Positions 55,338 through 64,000 of a stretch of DNA of 64,000 nt are shown piece after piece. The stretch comes from an uncultured Gemmatimonadales bacterium (GTDB lineage: Bacteria > Gemmatimonadota > Gemmatimonadetes > Gemmatimonadales > GWC2-71-9). The stretch is from assembly GCA_963828735.1 (NCBI GenBank), contig CAWHFW010000004.1, positions 215,863 through 279,862 on the forward strand, read 5' to 3'. The notes beneath the pieces are model-generated. The model saw only the letters and a program-made list of their open reading frames with translations. It was not told the DNA's origin and searched no databases. Within the stretch, counting starts at the first letter, position 1; each line of letters starts with the position of its first letter. A program made the translations under genes and the position numbers.

Positions 55338-55512
55338 TTAAGCAGGTACGGACGGTGTCGTACAGATGAGACTCAGCGTGCCCTTGGGTAAAAGAGATCC
55401 CCGCGCTTCCATCTGCGTATACGCCTGGTTCTTCATCTTGAGCCAGGTCGTCGAGGACGCATAGGGATCTCTCTTGCGCTTGGCCACGACGCCCTCGAGG
55501 TCCAGCCGCCGT
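55338..55512 (-). pseudogene. C-terminal remnant of an ATP-dependent DNA ligase
   Basis: LDLEGVVAKRKRDPY..WLKMKNQAY (motifs IV/V); KxDG motif absent. Confidence 0.7.
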
Positions 55513-55737
55513 TTCAGGCTGCAGTCGGGAATATTCCACCTCCCGCCGGCGCTACTTGAAATCAATGAGCTCACGATCCAAGAGCGGATGTTGTGGCGGC
55601 CCAGGCCCGACTTTGACGCCGAGCCCCTAGCACCCGCCGATTCCCACCGCTCCGACTCCCGCCACTCGCTTGCTAACGCGAATTATTGTCGTTAGTTGTA
55701 GGCGAGTGTTGTCTCGTGTGGTGGCGGGCGCTCGAAT

Positions 55738-55788
55738 TCAAAATCCACCGGGGGCAACTCCGTGCGAGTTCGACTCTCGCCTCGGGCA
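55738..55788 (+). repeat. att site: duplicated 3' half of tRNA-Leu
   Basis: Matches 44243-44293 at 50 of 51 nt (AACTCC vs AACCCC). Confidence 0.95.
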
Positions 55789-55896
55789 CTCCGCTCTCCC
55801 CAACAACTTACATCTCGCTCATTCCTGGTCACCCCGCGCGCTGTCGGCGCACTCGCACTTACAGATAGACGCGGTCGCCCACGGCGACGACTGGCG

Positions 55897-55936
55897 TCCC
55901 CGCGCCATCATGCTGATCCCGCGCCCATCATGCTGC
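55897..55936. repeat. Imperfect 20-bp tandem duplication
   Basis: TCCCCGCGCCATCATGCTGA / TCCCGCGCCCATCATGCTGC. Confidence 0.6.
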
Positions 55937-56017
55937 TCTGTGATCTCTGGCTTGGATAGGCCGGAACGTGGCGTGAGGCGGCCGCGCAGGAATCGTGGCG
56001 GAGGGGCGGCTAACGCG

Positions 56018-56176
56018 TCAGGTAGGCATCGTGAGGACTACGTCACGCTTGAACTTCATGCCGCAGCGGCAGACGTGCTCGCCGTCGTGCCCCGACAGCT
56101 TCGCGCACCAGTGCTGCGTCCCTCGATCCGGCTCTGGATGACATCCTGGCGCGTTCGCGTAGCAGGGGCGCTTCAT
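56018..56176 (-). CDS. Small Cys/His-rich protein (52 aa)
   Basis: MKRPCYANAPGCHPEPDRGTQHWCAKLSGHDGEHVCRCGMKFKR... Confidence 0.45.
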   Translation of the reverse strand: MKRPCYANAPGCHPEPDRGTQHWCAKLSGHDGEHVCRCGMKFKRDVVLTMPT

Positions 56177-56294
56177 CTGGGTTGACCATGGGGCGCTACG
56201 CTTGGGGATCATAGACCAAGGTAGCTGGTAGGGACCGTTCGCGCTCGGTGGCCAGGTCCACCCGCCTCGGACGCCAGTGGGGATCGCGCCGCGA

Positions 56295-56837
56295 TCATCT
56301 CCGACCCACGATGGCCTTCCGCGCGCTGATGATCTCCGTGTTCATCCCTCCCCAGTGCAGCGTTCCGTTGAACCGCCCGTGTTCCATCTTGAGGCAGCGG
56401 TCCATCACCACGTCCAGCCCGGCGGTGGTCGCGATCTCCGCCGCCTCGAAGTTCACGATTCGAAGCTGAAGCCAGAGCGCCCCGGCCCCGATCGCTACCG
56501 CCTGCCGGGCGAACTCGACCGCCTCGGCAGGCGGCCGGAACACGTCGACGATGTCCACGTGGTCCGGAATGCTCGCAAGGTCGGGATAGATGGTCTCGCC
56601 TAGCACGTGGCCGCCGCGCGGGTTGACCGGGATGATGCGGTAGCCCTCGTGCTGCAGGTAGCTCGCGACGAACGAGCTCGCCTTCTGCGGATCCGCCGAC
56701 ATGCCCACGATCGCCACGGTGCGCGCGGTGCTCAGCAGCCGCCGGATGACCGCCGGGTCCTGAAAGCGCCGCCGCTCCTCCTCGGTGAGCGTCGTGTTCA
56801 GGCGAAGGTCGCATGCAGGGCCTGATCCAGGTCCCAC
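56295..56837 (-). CDS. CoA-binding domain protein (YccU-like)
   Basis: TVAIVGMS, YLQHEGYRIIPVNP, DIVDVFRP, LWLQL, VMDRCLKMEH; GTG start with GGAGG inside the metY 3' end. Confidence 0.88.
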   Translation of the reverse strand: MGPGSGPACDLRLNTTLTEEERRRFQDPAVIRRLLSTARTVAIVGMSADPQKASSFVASYLQHEGYRIIPVNPRGGHVLGETIYPDLASIPDHVDIVDVFRPPAEAVEFARQAVAIGAGALWLQLRIVNFEAAEIATTAGLDVVMDRCLKMEHGRFNGTLHWGGMNTEIISARKAIVGRR

Positions 56838-58100
56838 AGGAGGTCCTCCAGGGTTTCGAGTCCGACGCTGAGGCGGATGAGCTCCGGTGCCACCCCGCCG
56901 CGGACCAGCTCCTCCTCGCTGAGCTGCTGGTGGGTCGTCGAGGCGGGATGGATGACGAGGCTCCGCGCGTCGCCGACGTTGGCCAGGTGCGAGAAGAGCT
57001 GCAGCGCATCGATGAACCGCTTGCCCGCGGCACGGCCGTCGCCGTCGCTGGTCCGGAGCCCGAACGAGAAGACCGCGCCGGGGCGCCCGCCCATGTACTT
57101 GCACGCCAGCCCGTGCTGCGGGTGATCCTCCAGGCCGGCATACGCCACCCAGGCGACCCGCGGGTGCTCGCGCAGGAAGCGCGCGACGCCGATCGCGTTC
57201 GCCGCGTGCCGCTCCATCCGGAGCGAGAGAGTTTCGAGTCCTTGGAGCAGCAGAAAGGCGTTGGTGGGCGACAGGCACGCCCCGGTGTCGCGCACGGTCT
57301 CGGCGCGCACTTTCATGAGATAGCCGTAGTGCCCGAACGTGTCGAAGAAGCGGAGCCCGTGGTACGAGGGCGAGGGATCGGCGATCGTCGGGAAAGTGGC
57401 TGTAATCGAACCGGCCCGACTCGAGCACCGCACCGCCGATGCTGTTCCCATGGCCCCCGATGAACTTCGTCGCCGAGTGCACCACGATCGTCGCGCCCCA
57501 GTCGATCGGGCGGCAGAGGTACGGGGTGGCGAAGGTGTTGTCCACGATGAGCGGGATGCGTCGCGTCTCGGCGAGCCCGGCCAGGGGCTCGAGGTCCAGG
57601 ATGCTCCCGCGAGGGTTGCCGATCGTCTCGCCGAACAGCGCCCGCGTCCGCGGGCCGATGGCCTGCTCCCAGCTCTCCAGCCGGGTCGGATCCACGAAGC
57701 ACACGTTGACCGACAGCTTGCGGAACGTGTGGGTGAACTGGGTCACCGTCCCGCCGTAGAGGTGTGACGAAGCGACGATCTCGTCTCCGGGAGAGAGCAG
57801 CGTCATCAGGGAGACGAACTGCGCGGCCATGCCGCTCGCCACGGCCACCGCGCCGGTGGCGTTCTCCAGGGAGGCAAGACGCTCCTCGAGCACGGCGGTG
57901 GTCGGGTTGCCGATCCGGGTATAGATGTTCCCATACTGCTTGAGCTCGAAGAGCTGCGCGGCGGTCTCGGCGTCGTCGAACACGTACGACGTGGTCTGGT
58001 AGATCGGCACGGCGCGCGCGCCCACCACCGGGTCGGGCACGTGCCCGGCGTGGAGCATGCGGGTCTCGAAGCCGAACTGTCGGCGGGGGGGATCAGCCAT
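56798..58100 (-). CDS. metY: O-acetylhomoserine aminocarboxypropyltransferase (sulfhydrylase); frameshift near 57392
   Basis: VPIYQTTSY, GNIYTRIGNPT, IVDNTF, HSATKFIGGHG (PLP Lys), GLETLSLRMERH, HLANVGDARSLVIHPASTTH, IRLSVGLE. Confidence 0.9.
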
Positions 58101-58106
58101 GCCCGG

Positions 58107-58913
58107 TCACCGGGAAAGGAGGCCTGCGTCGATCACGAACTGGGTGCCCGTCACGTAGCGCGCATCATCCGAGGCGAGATAGCAGACCGCCGCGGCCACA
58201 TCCTCGGGCTCCACCCACGGCACCGGGAGCAGATTTCCCGCCGAGCGCTCCGCGATCTGGGCCGGAGTGAGGCCCTCGAGCGCGGCCAGCCCATCGTTCA
58301 TCGGCGTGTTGACGCCGGTGGGATGGAGGGAGTTGACCCGGATGCCGTACGGCGCGAGCTCGATGGCCCACGACTTGGTGAGGCCCGTAAGGCCCCACTT
58401 CGACGCGGCGTAGTGGCTCAGCCGACCCATGCCCCGGAGGCCGGCGACGCTCGAATTGTTGAGGATGACCCCGGACCGCTGCGCCATCATCACCGGGATC
58501 ACCCGCCGCGCAACGAGCCAGCTTCCCTTCAGGTTGATGTCGAGCATCGCATCCCAGGCGTCTTCGGTCAGCTCGTGCGCCAGCCCGTAGGCGCAGATGC
58601 CGGCGTTGTTGAAGAGGATGTCGATGCGCCCGAACCGCCTCACGATGTCTGCCACGGCGGCGCTGACCGCCGCGTCGTCCCGTACGTCCGCCTCGTAGGT
58701 GGCGCACTCCGTCCCGAAGGCGCGGCACTCGGCGGCGAGCCCGGCCAGGTCCTCGCGCGACCCGAGCGGGTAGCCCGGGTAGGCGAGCGGGCGGGCCACG
58801 TCGAGCGCGGCGATCCGGGCTCCCTCGGCGGCCAGCGCCAGCGCCGACGCGCGGCCCTGCCCGTGGGCCGCGCCGGTGATGAGGGCGACCTTGCCCGTGA
58901 ACCGTGCCGTCAC
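58107..58913 (-). CDS. SDR oxidoreductase resembling the mycofactocin-coupled subfamily
   Basis: TGAAHGQG, NNAGI, YAASK; insertion DVARPLAYPGYPLGSREDL; NLLPVPWVEPEDV. Confidence 0.85.
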   Translation of the reverse strand: MTARFTGKVALITGAAHGQGRASALALAAEGARIAALDVARPLAYPGYPLGSREDLAGLAAECRAFGTECATYEADVRDDAAVSAAVADIVRRFGRIDILFNNAGICAYGLAHELTEDAWDAMLDINLKGSWLVARRVIPVMMAQRSGVILNNSSVAGLRGMGRLSHYAASKWGLTGLTKSWAIELAPYGIRVNSLHPTGVNTPMNDGLAALEGLTPAQIAERSAGNLLPVPWVEPEDVAAAVCYLASDDARYVTGTQFVIDAGLLSR

Positions 58914-59464
58914 CGGACTTCGGCCTTGGGCGACGTCTCGCCCCGCGCGCGGAACGGCTCGAGATAGCCGTCCAGGTCCACCCGCAACGCGTTGTTGAAC
59001 ACATTGGTGGCGAACATGATCGCGCCGAACGCCGTGAGCGCTACGATCTGCTCCTGCGTGAAGAACCGGGCAAGCTCGGCGTACATCTCCTCGGAGACGC
59101 CGTGTGCATCGCGGCCCATCTGGCGGCCATACTCCACGACCACGCGTTCCTGGTCGCTCAGCCGCAGCGCATCCGGGTTCTCGCCCGATTGGATCAGCAG
59201 GCGACGAAAGAACGTCGAGCAGATGAGGCAGTCGGTCTCCGTGGAAACGGCATGGGCGAAGAGATGGGTGAGCCGCTCCCCCAGGAACGGCTGGACCGTG
59301 TCCCGAAGCGAATACCACGTCATCAGGGCATCGAACGCCGGCAGCGACCGGAGGAGGGTTCGCTTCATGTTGGTGATGCGGCCTACGTGCTCCTTGTGGT
59401 GGTCGTGCGCGGCCCGGGCCGCAGGCGAAGCGTCCTCGTAGTCGAGCGGCGAGATACGAGCCAT
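58910..59464 (-). CDS. AhpD/carboxymuconolactone-decarboxylase-like protein
   Basis: GRITNMKRTL, AVSTETDCLICS (CxxC), FTQEQIVAL, TNVFNNAL. Confidence 0.75.
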   Translation of the reverse strand: MARISPLDYEDASPAARAAHDHHKEHVGRITNMKRTLLRSLPAFDALMTWYSLRDTVQPFLGERLTHLFAHAVSTETDCLICSTFFRRLLIQSGENPDALRLSDQERVVVEYGRQMGRDAHGVSEEMYAELARFFTQEQIVALTAFGAIMFATNVFNNALRVDLDGYLEPFRARGETSPKAEVR

Positions 59465-59602
59465 GGCGGGGTCCTTGAAGCGGTGGAGCGCCGAAGGACG
59501 GCGACTCCCGTACTCTAGCACGGAATGGGGCGGATCAGAAGGTTGCGTGGTGAATGGATCGTGGCCATCCTCCGGGTCGGTCCCCGCTCACCGAGGTACT
59601 AC

Positions 59603-60424
59603 GTGCATCAACCCGCGACCGACGGCTCACCACCCGAGCTTCGTCTGACCGGCCTCCACGTATATCCCATCAAGGCCGCGGGCGGCCTGGCGCCCACGGA
59701 ATGGGACGTGGACGCGGTCGGGCTGCGCTACGACCGCCGTTGGATGGTGGTGGACACGGGTGGCGTCATGCTGTCGCAGCGCGATCATCCGAGGCTCGCC
59801 CTGGTGCGGCCGTCGCTCGGGGAGGAGACGCTGCGCGTCGAAGCGCCCGGGATGCGGCCGGTCGAGCTTCCGCTTCGGCCCGCGACCACGGTCGGCCTCG
59901 AGGTCGCGATCTGGGACGACAGGTGCGCCGCCATCTGGTGCGGCGAGCGGGCCGCCGCCTGGTTCTCGGAGCTCCTCGAGAGGGACTGCAGCCTCGTCTA
60001 CATGCCAGACAGCACCATCCGGCCGGCGGATCCGGCCTACGCCCCGGGATCGTACCGCGTGAGCTTCGCGGACGCCTTCGCCTTTCTGCTGGCTTCCGAG
60101 GAGTCGCTGGCGGAGCTGAATCGCCGACTGGAGACGCCTCTGCCGATGAACCGCTTCCGCCCGAACCTCGTCATCGCCGGGGGCGAGCCGTTCGGCGAGG
60201 ACCGGCTCACCGAGTTCCAGATGGGCGGCGTCCGTTTCCGCGTCGTAAAGCCCTGTGATCGCTGCGTCGTCACCACCACCGACCAGGCAACCGGAGAGCG
60301 CGGCGTCGAGCCGCTCCGCACCCTCGCGACCTTCCGCCGGCGTGACGGCAAGGTCTACTTCGGGCAAAACGTGATCCACGACGGCGTGGGTCGTCTGCGG
60401 GTGGGAGATCGCCTGCGGGTATAG
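59603..60424 (+). CDS. MOSC-domain protein (YcbX/mARC-like)
   Basis: VYPIK, DRRWMVV, FAD, RFRPNLV, KPCDRC, FGQN. Confidence 0.92.
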   Translation: MHQPATDGSPPELRLTGLHVYPIKAAGGLAPTEWDVDAVGLRYDRRWMVVDTGGVMLSQRDHPRLALVRPSLGEETLRVEAPGMRPVELPLRPATTVGLEVAIWDDRCAAIWCGERAAAWFSELLERDCSLVYMPDSTIRPADPAYAPGSYRVSFADAFAFLLASEESLAELNRRLETPLPMNRFRPNLVIAGGEPFGEDRLTEFQMGGVRFRVVKPCDRCVVTTTDQATGERGVEPLRTLATFRRRDGKVYFGQNVIHDGVGRLRVGDRLRV

Positions 60425-60435
60425 ATTCCCGCCCC

Positions 60436-60783
60436 ATGGAAGTCCAGATCTTCGGCATCCGCAAGAGTCCCCAGACCCGGAAAGCGCTCCGCTTCTTCGC
60501 CGAGCGGCGCATCAAGACCCATTTCGTGGACCTGCAGGAGCGCGCGGCCTCCCTCGGCGAGCTCCGACGGTTTGCGCAGAGGTTCGGGGTGACTGCCCTG
60601 GTGGACCGCGAATCCCGCCGGTTTGCCGATCTCGGTCTCGGGGCGGCGAAGCTGGGCGATGATCGTTGGCTGGACAAGCTCGTGGACGAGCCGCTTCTGC
60701 TTCGTCTTCCGCTGGTGCGGTTCGGTCAGCAGCTCACCGTCGGCGACGCCGAGGCGAGCTGGCGCGAGTGGACCGACCGGTGA
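60436..60783 (+). CDS. ArsC/Spx/YffB-family protein
   Basis: IFGIRKSPQTRKALRFF..FVDL..PLLLRLPLV. Confidence 0.8.
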   Translation: MEVQIFGIRKSPQTRKALRFFAERRIKTHFVDLQERAASLGELRRFAQRFGVTALVDRESRRFADLGLGAAKLGDDRWLDKLVDEPLLLRLPLVRFGQQLTVGDAEASWREWTDR

Positions 60784-62714
60784 CGCAGCTCGCGCTGGCC
60801 GGCGTGGCCGTGGAGTTCGGCTCCACTCGGCTGCTCTCCGATGTGACGCTCACGGTAACCCGGGGGGAGAAGTGGGGGATCATCGGGCGAAACGGCTCGG
60901 GCAAGACGACGCTGCTCCGCCTGATCACCGGTGAAATCGAGCCCAGCGCGGGCACCGTCGCCCGCGCGAGTGGCCTGCGCTGGTCCGTCATGGACCAGCA
61001 TCGCGATTTTGCCGGCGCCGACACGGCGTGGGCGGCGGCCGCGGGCGCGTTCGCCGATCTGCTCGCGCTCGAGCGGGCGCTGACCGAGCAGGCCGCGGCA
61101 CTGGCCGAGGCGGGTGACCGGTCGACGCCCCAGATGCTGTCCCGCTACGACCGCGACCTCGAACGGTTCGATCGCGAGGGGGGGTACACCCTCGCCGCCC
61201 GGATCGACGCGGTTCTGCATGGACTCGGCTTCGATCCCGACGAGGCCCGCTCCAGGCCCCTGGAGAGCCTGAGCGGGGGCGAGCGCAGCCGGCTCGGCCT
61301 CGCCCAGCAGTTGGTGGCGCCTGCCGATGTGCTCCTCCTGGACGAGCCCACCAACCACCTGGATCTCGAGACTACGCGCTGGCTCGAGCAGTACCTGCGC
61401 GGCCTGGGCGCGACGGTGATTCTCATCAGCCATGACCGCGCGTTCCTGGAGGCCGTGGTCGACCACGTCCTGCACCTGGAATCCGGCACGGCCGTCAGCT
61501 ACACCGGCGACTATCAGGCATTCCTTCGGCAGCGCGCCGATCGGCGCCTCGCGCAGCGGCGGTCGTTCGTCAAGCAGGCGCGTACGATCGCGGCTGAGGA
61601 GGACTTCATCCGCCGCAATATCGCCGGGACCAACAGTGCCCAGGCCAAGGGGCGGCGCCGGCGGCTGGACCGACTCGAGCGGTTGAGCCCGCCGCCGGGT
61701 GAAGACGGCGCCATGGCCCTGCGCCTGACCGCCGATCGGCGCAGTGGCGACCAGGTGATCGCCGCGGAGGACGTGTCGCTCGGGGTGGGCGGCCGGTCTC
61801 TGCTCGAGGGGTTCAGCACCCGCCTGATGCGCGGAGACGTCGTCGGGCTCGTCGGGCCCAACGGGGCGGGGAAGTCCACCTTCCTGCGCGCGCTCCTGGG
61901 CGAATGGCCGCTTGCCCGCGGCGAGCTGCGGATGCCCGAATCCGTGGAGGTGGCCTACTATCGCCAGGACCTGGGCCAGGTGCCGGCGGACGAAACGCTG
62001 TACGACATCATCGCCCACCTGCGCCCGCACTGGGGGCGCGGGCCGATTCAGGGCCACCTCGGCCGCTTCGGGTTTTCCGGCGACTCGGTCCAGCGGCGGG
62101 CCGGCACCCTCTCGGGCGGCGAGCGCGCGAGGATGGCGCTGGCGATGATGATGCTCTCGGGCGCCAACGTCCTCGTCTTCGACGAGCCCACCAATCATCT
62201 GGACGTGGAATCGATCGAGGCGCTGGAGGATGCGATCGACGACTACGACGGAACGGTGTTGCTCGTGAGTCACGATCGCGCACTGCTTCGGGCGCTGACG
62301 AGCCGGGTCTGGATCATGCACGACGGCCGGATCACCGATTTCCCGGGCAGCTTCGGGGAATGGGAGACCGCGAGCCGGGAGCGCGAGCACGCCGCCGCGA
62401 TAGCCGCCGCCGAGGCGGAATCCCTGCGCCGGGTCAAGGAGCGGAAGCAGACCCGACGGCCCGAGGACGGCCGAGATACGAGGCAACGGAGGACCGAGCG
62501 GGCGGTCGCGGAGGCGGAGGCGGAGGTCAGTGAATGGGAGTCGCAGGTTGCGGCGCTGCGCGCGGCACTCCAGGATCCCGACCTGTACACCACGGCCGAA
62601 GGCGCAAAGCGCGCGGGGACGATCGGTCGGGAGATGGAGACCGCGCGAGGCAGGCTGGAGGAGGCGTTCGCGCGGTGGGAGCGGGCGACCCGGGACGCCG
62701 AGTCCGCCGGATAG
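60780..62714 (+). CDS. ABC-F family ATPase with C-terminal coiled coil (Uup-like)
   Basis: Two NBDs (GRNGSGKT, LSGGE, LLDEPTNHLD; GPNGAGKS, LSGGE, FDEPTNHLD), no TM domain. Confidence 0.95.
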   Translation: MTQLALAGVAVEFGSTRLLSDVTLTVTRGEKWGIIGRNGSGKTTLLRLITGEIEPSAGTVARASGLRWSVMDQHRDFAGADTAWAAAAGAFADLLALERALTEQAAALAEAGDRSTPQMLSRYDRDLERFDREGGYTLAARIDAVLHGLGFDPDEARSRPLESLSGGERSRLGLAQQLVAPADVLLLDEPTNHLDLETTRWLEQYLRGLGATVILISHDRAFLEAVVDHVLHLESGTAVSYTGDYQAFLRQRADRRLAQRRSFVKQARTIAAEEDFIRRNIAGTNSAQAKGRRRRLDRLERLSPPPGEDGAMALRLTADRRSGDQVIAAEDVSLGVGGRSLLEGFSTRLMRGDVVGLVGPNGAGKSTFLRALLGEWPLARGELRMPESVEVAYYRQDLGQVPADETLYDIIAHLRPHWGRGPIQGHLGRFGFSGDSVQRRAGTLSGGERARMALAMMMLSGANVLVFDEPTNHLDVESIEALEDAIDDYDGTVLLVSHDRALLRALTSRVWIMHDGRITDFPGSFGEWETASREREHAAAIAAAEAESLRRVKERKQTRRPEDGRDTRQRRTERAVAEAEAEVSEWESQVAALRAALQDPDLYTTAEGAKRAGTIGREMETARGRLEEAFARWERATRDAESAG

Positions 62715-62717
62715 GGA

Positions 62718-63876
62718 TCAGGAGGTCGGCGTATCGGTCACGGCACGCCGCAACGCCTCCCGCGACCGGACCCCGAACTTCGCAAGGACGCTTTCGGTGT
62801 GGTGACGGGCGGTATGCGGGCTGATGCTGAGCATCCGGGCGATCTCGGCATTGGTAAGCCGGTGCATCAGAAGGGACGCCACCTGCAGCTCGCGGAGCGT
62901 CAGGCCGTACCGCGCGCGGATGCTGTCGGGGGCTGGCACCTGGAATGCCACGCGGTCGACCGAAACCAGCACCACGGTTCCATGGCTCAGGGCATTTCGT
63001 CCGACGAGGTTCCCGCGGAGTCGGTAGGCGGCCTGGGAGGTGGCAACCTCGCGCCGGGTGCCGTCATTGTGGCGGGGCGCACGCCCCCGTGGCTCCCCGT
63101 TCTGCGGGATGCCGGCGAGAACCGACTTCACGACGCCCCGGATGTGGTCCTGAAGGGCGTCGCGCTCCTGGTCCTGAGCAAGGATCCGCCTCAGCACCGG
63201 GTTCTGGGTCAGCTCGCGACCGTCCATACCGTAGAGGACCAGCGCCTGGCCGGTCACGTCAATCACCGAGGACAGGTGAGATACCGGATCGGCAGCGGCG
63301 AGGTCGAGGGCGAACCCGGCGCGAATCGCCTCCAGCAGCATGGCGAGAAGGTCGCGCCGGTGGTCGACCGACGCCGGTGGCCCCGGCCAGTTCCTGTGGA
63401 AAGCCAGGCAGATCTCGGCCCTTGGACTGGCCAGGTGGAGAGTAATTCCAACGGTGTCGTGAAGCCGATTCGGCAGCGCGAACGCCTTGTGGTACTTGCT
63501 TCTTTCGAGCTCCCCGGACGACCATAACTGGGCCAGGCTCCACACCTCCAGTCCGTGCTCTCGCGCGGCCACGCGGCTGCGATCCAGGTCGGCGAAGCGC
63601 TTCACGTAGGACGAGAGCAGGTCCGGACTGACCTCATCGCCATAGGCGAGGGGACCAACGGCCGTCCGGATCACGAGCATCGCGTGGTCCGAGGCGGTCA
63701 GCCTTCGCAGGCTACGAAGAACGGACTGGCGCCACTGATCGGCTGGCTCGCCCCCCCGCTGCGCCAGAAGATCCCGTCATCACCGCCAGCAACCGGAGGA
63801 CCTCAGGGTGGGTCAGCTCGACACCGGATGCAGGCTGCTGGGACTCGCGCGGGACCGCGTGAGCTGGTATTGCCAT
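62718..63876 (-). CDS. LuxR-family (GAF/PAS-like + HTH) regulator; frameshift in a G7 run at 63751-63757
   Basis: YGLTLRELQVASLL..TNAEIARMLSISPHTARHHTESVLAKFGVRSR; N-terminus MAIPAH.. joins after removing one G. Confidence 0.85.
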
Positions 63877-64000
63877 GTTCCGTTTGGTTGGAGAAGTATA
63901 GAGTCCGCGGATCACAGTGGCCCCATCGTGTGCGGAAGGGCGACGTAAACCCGGCGCGCCCAGAGTCGGAGCAAGCCAAAGGCCAAACCGGCTGGCGAAA

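Noticed and set aside
55738..55788. Possible second tRNA-Leu
   Set aside because: Lacks the 5' acceptor strand and D-arm; it is the att duplication.
56295..58100. 601-aa ORF that appears to fuse the MetY N-terminus to a CoA-binding domain
   Set aside because: Artefact of the frameshift near 57392. The intervening translation is off-frame, and the MetY C-terminus is present in the neighbouring frame.
59465..59602. SAM riboswitch upstream of the metY-containing operon
   Set aside because: No SAM-I core (ATC.AGAG...GCAACC...GTGC) or SAM-II pattern recognisable on the minus strand.

Overview
High-GC bacterial chromosome segment, probably Gemmatimonadota (inferred from gene content and the kinase-TolB-like-TPR architecture, not verified). 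Most of it is core genome: the ppc 3' end, rlmN, an aspS-phoH-7TM/HD-ybeY-corC-corC-mgtE-ABC1 kinase operon, a 12-kb B12/branched-chain acyl-CoA operon, recQ, rne/rng, rplU-rpmA, an ECF sigma/anti-sigma-nfeD-floA cluster, ppa, a metY-containing operon, MOSC, ABC-F and LuxR. An ~11.5-kb integrase island sits in tRNA-Leu(CAA), bounded by a 51-bp direct repeat (44243-44293 / 55738-55788). It carries surface and signalling cargo: a HAF-repeat lipoprotein, a Ser/Thr kinase-TPR protein, a trypsin-like protease and an FN3 lipoprotein. The strongest unannotated signal is a self-contained sigma54 circuit at 13.2-17.7 kb. It has two -24/-12 promoters, each preceded at the same distance by a pair of shared GSGCCA-N3-YGTCCS boxes. 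One drives a secreted peptidoglycan-binding protein; the other drives a structured ~330-nt leader ahead of the sensor kinase-bEBP pair. A His-less DHp-like membrane protein lies downstream. Other highlights are a mutase with isobutyryl-CoA-mutase signature residues, an aeRF1/Balon-like gene lacking GGQ, a perfect CRP-type box, a c-di-GMP-I-like leader in the island and several probable leaderless genes. About 15 single-base frameshifts occur after 28 kb, including in rne, and are most likely long-read errors. No CRISPR array or rRNA was seen. All calls are by-eye motif recognition; no database searches were run.
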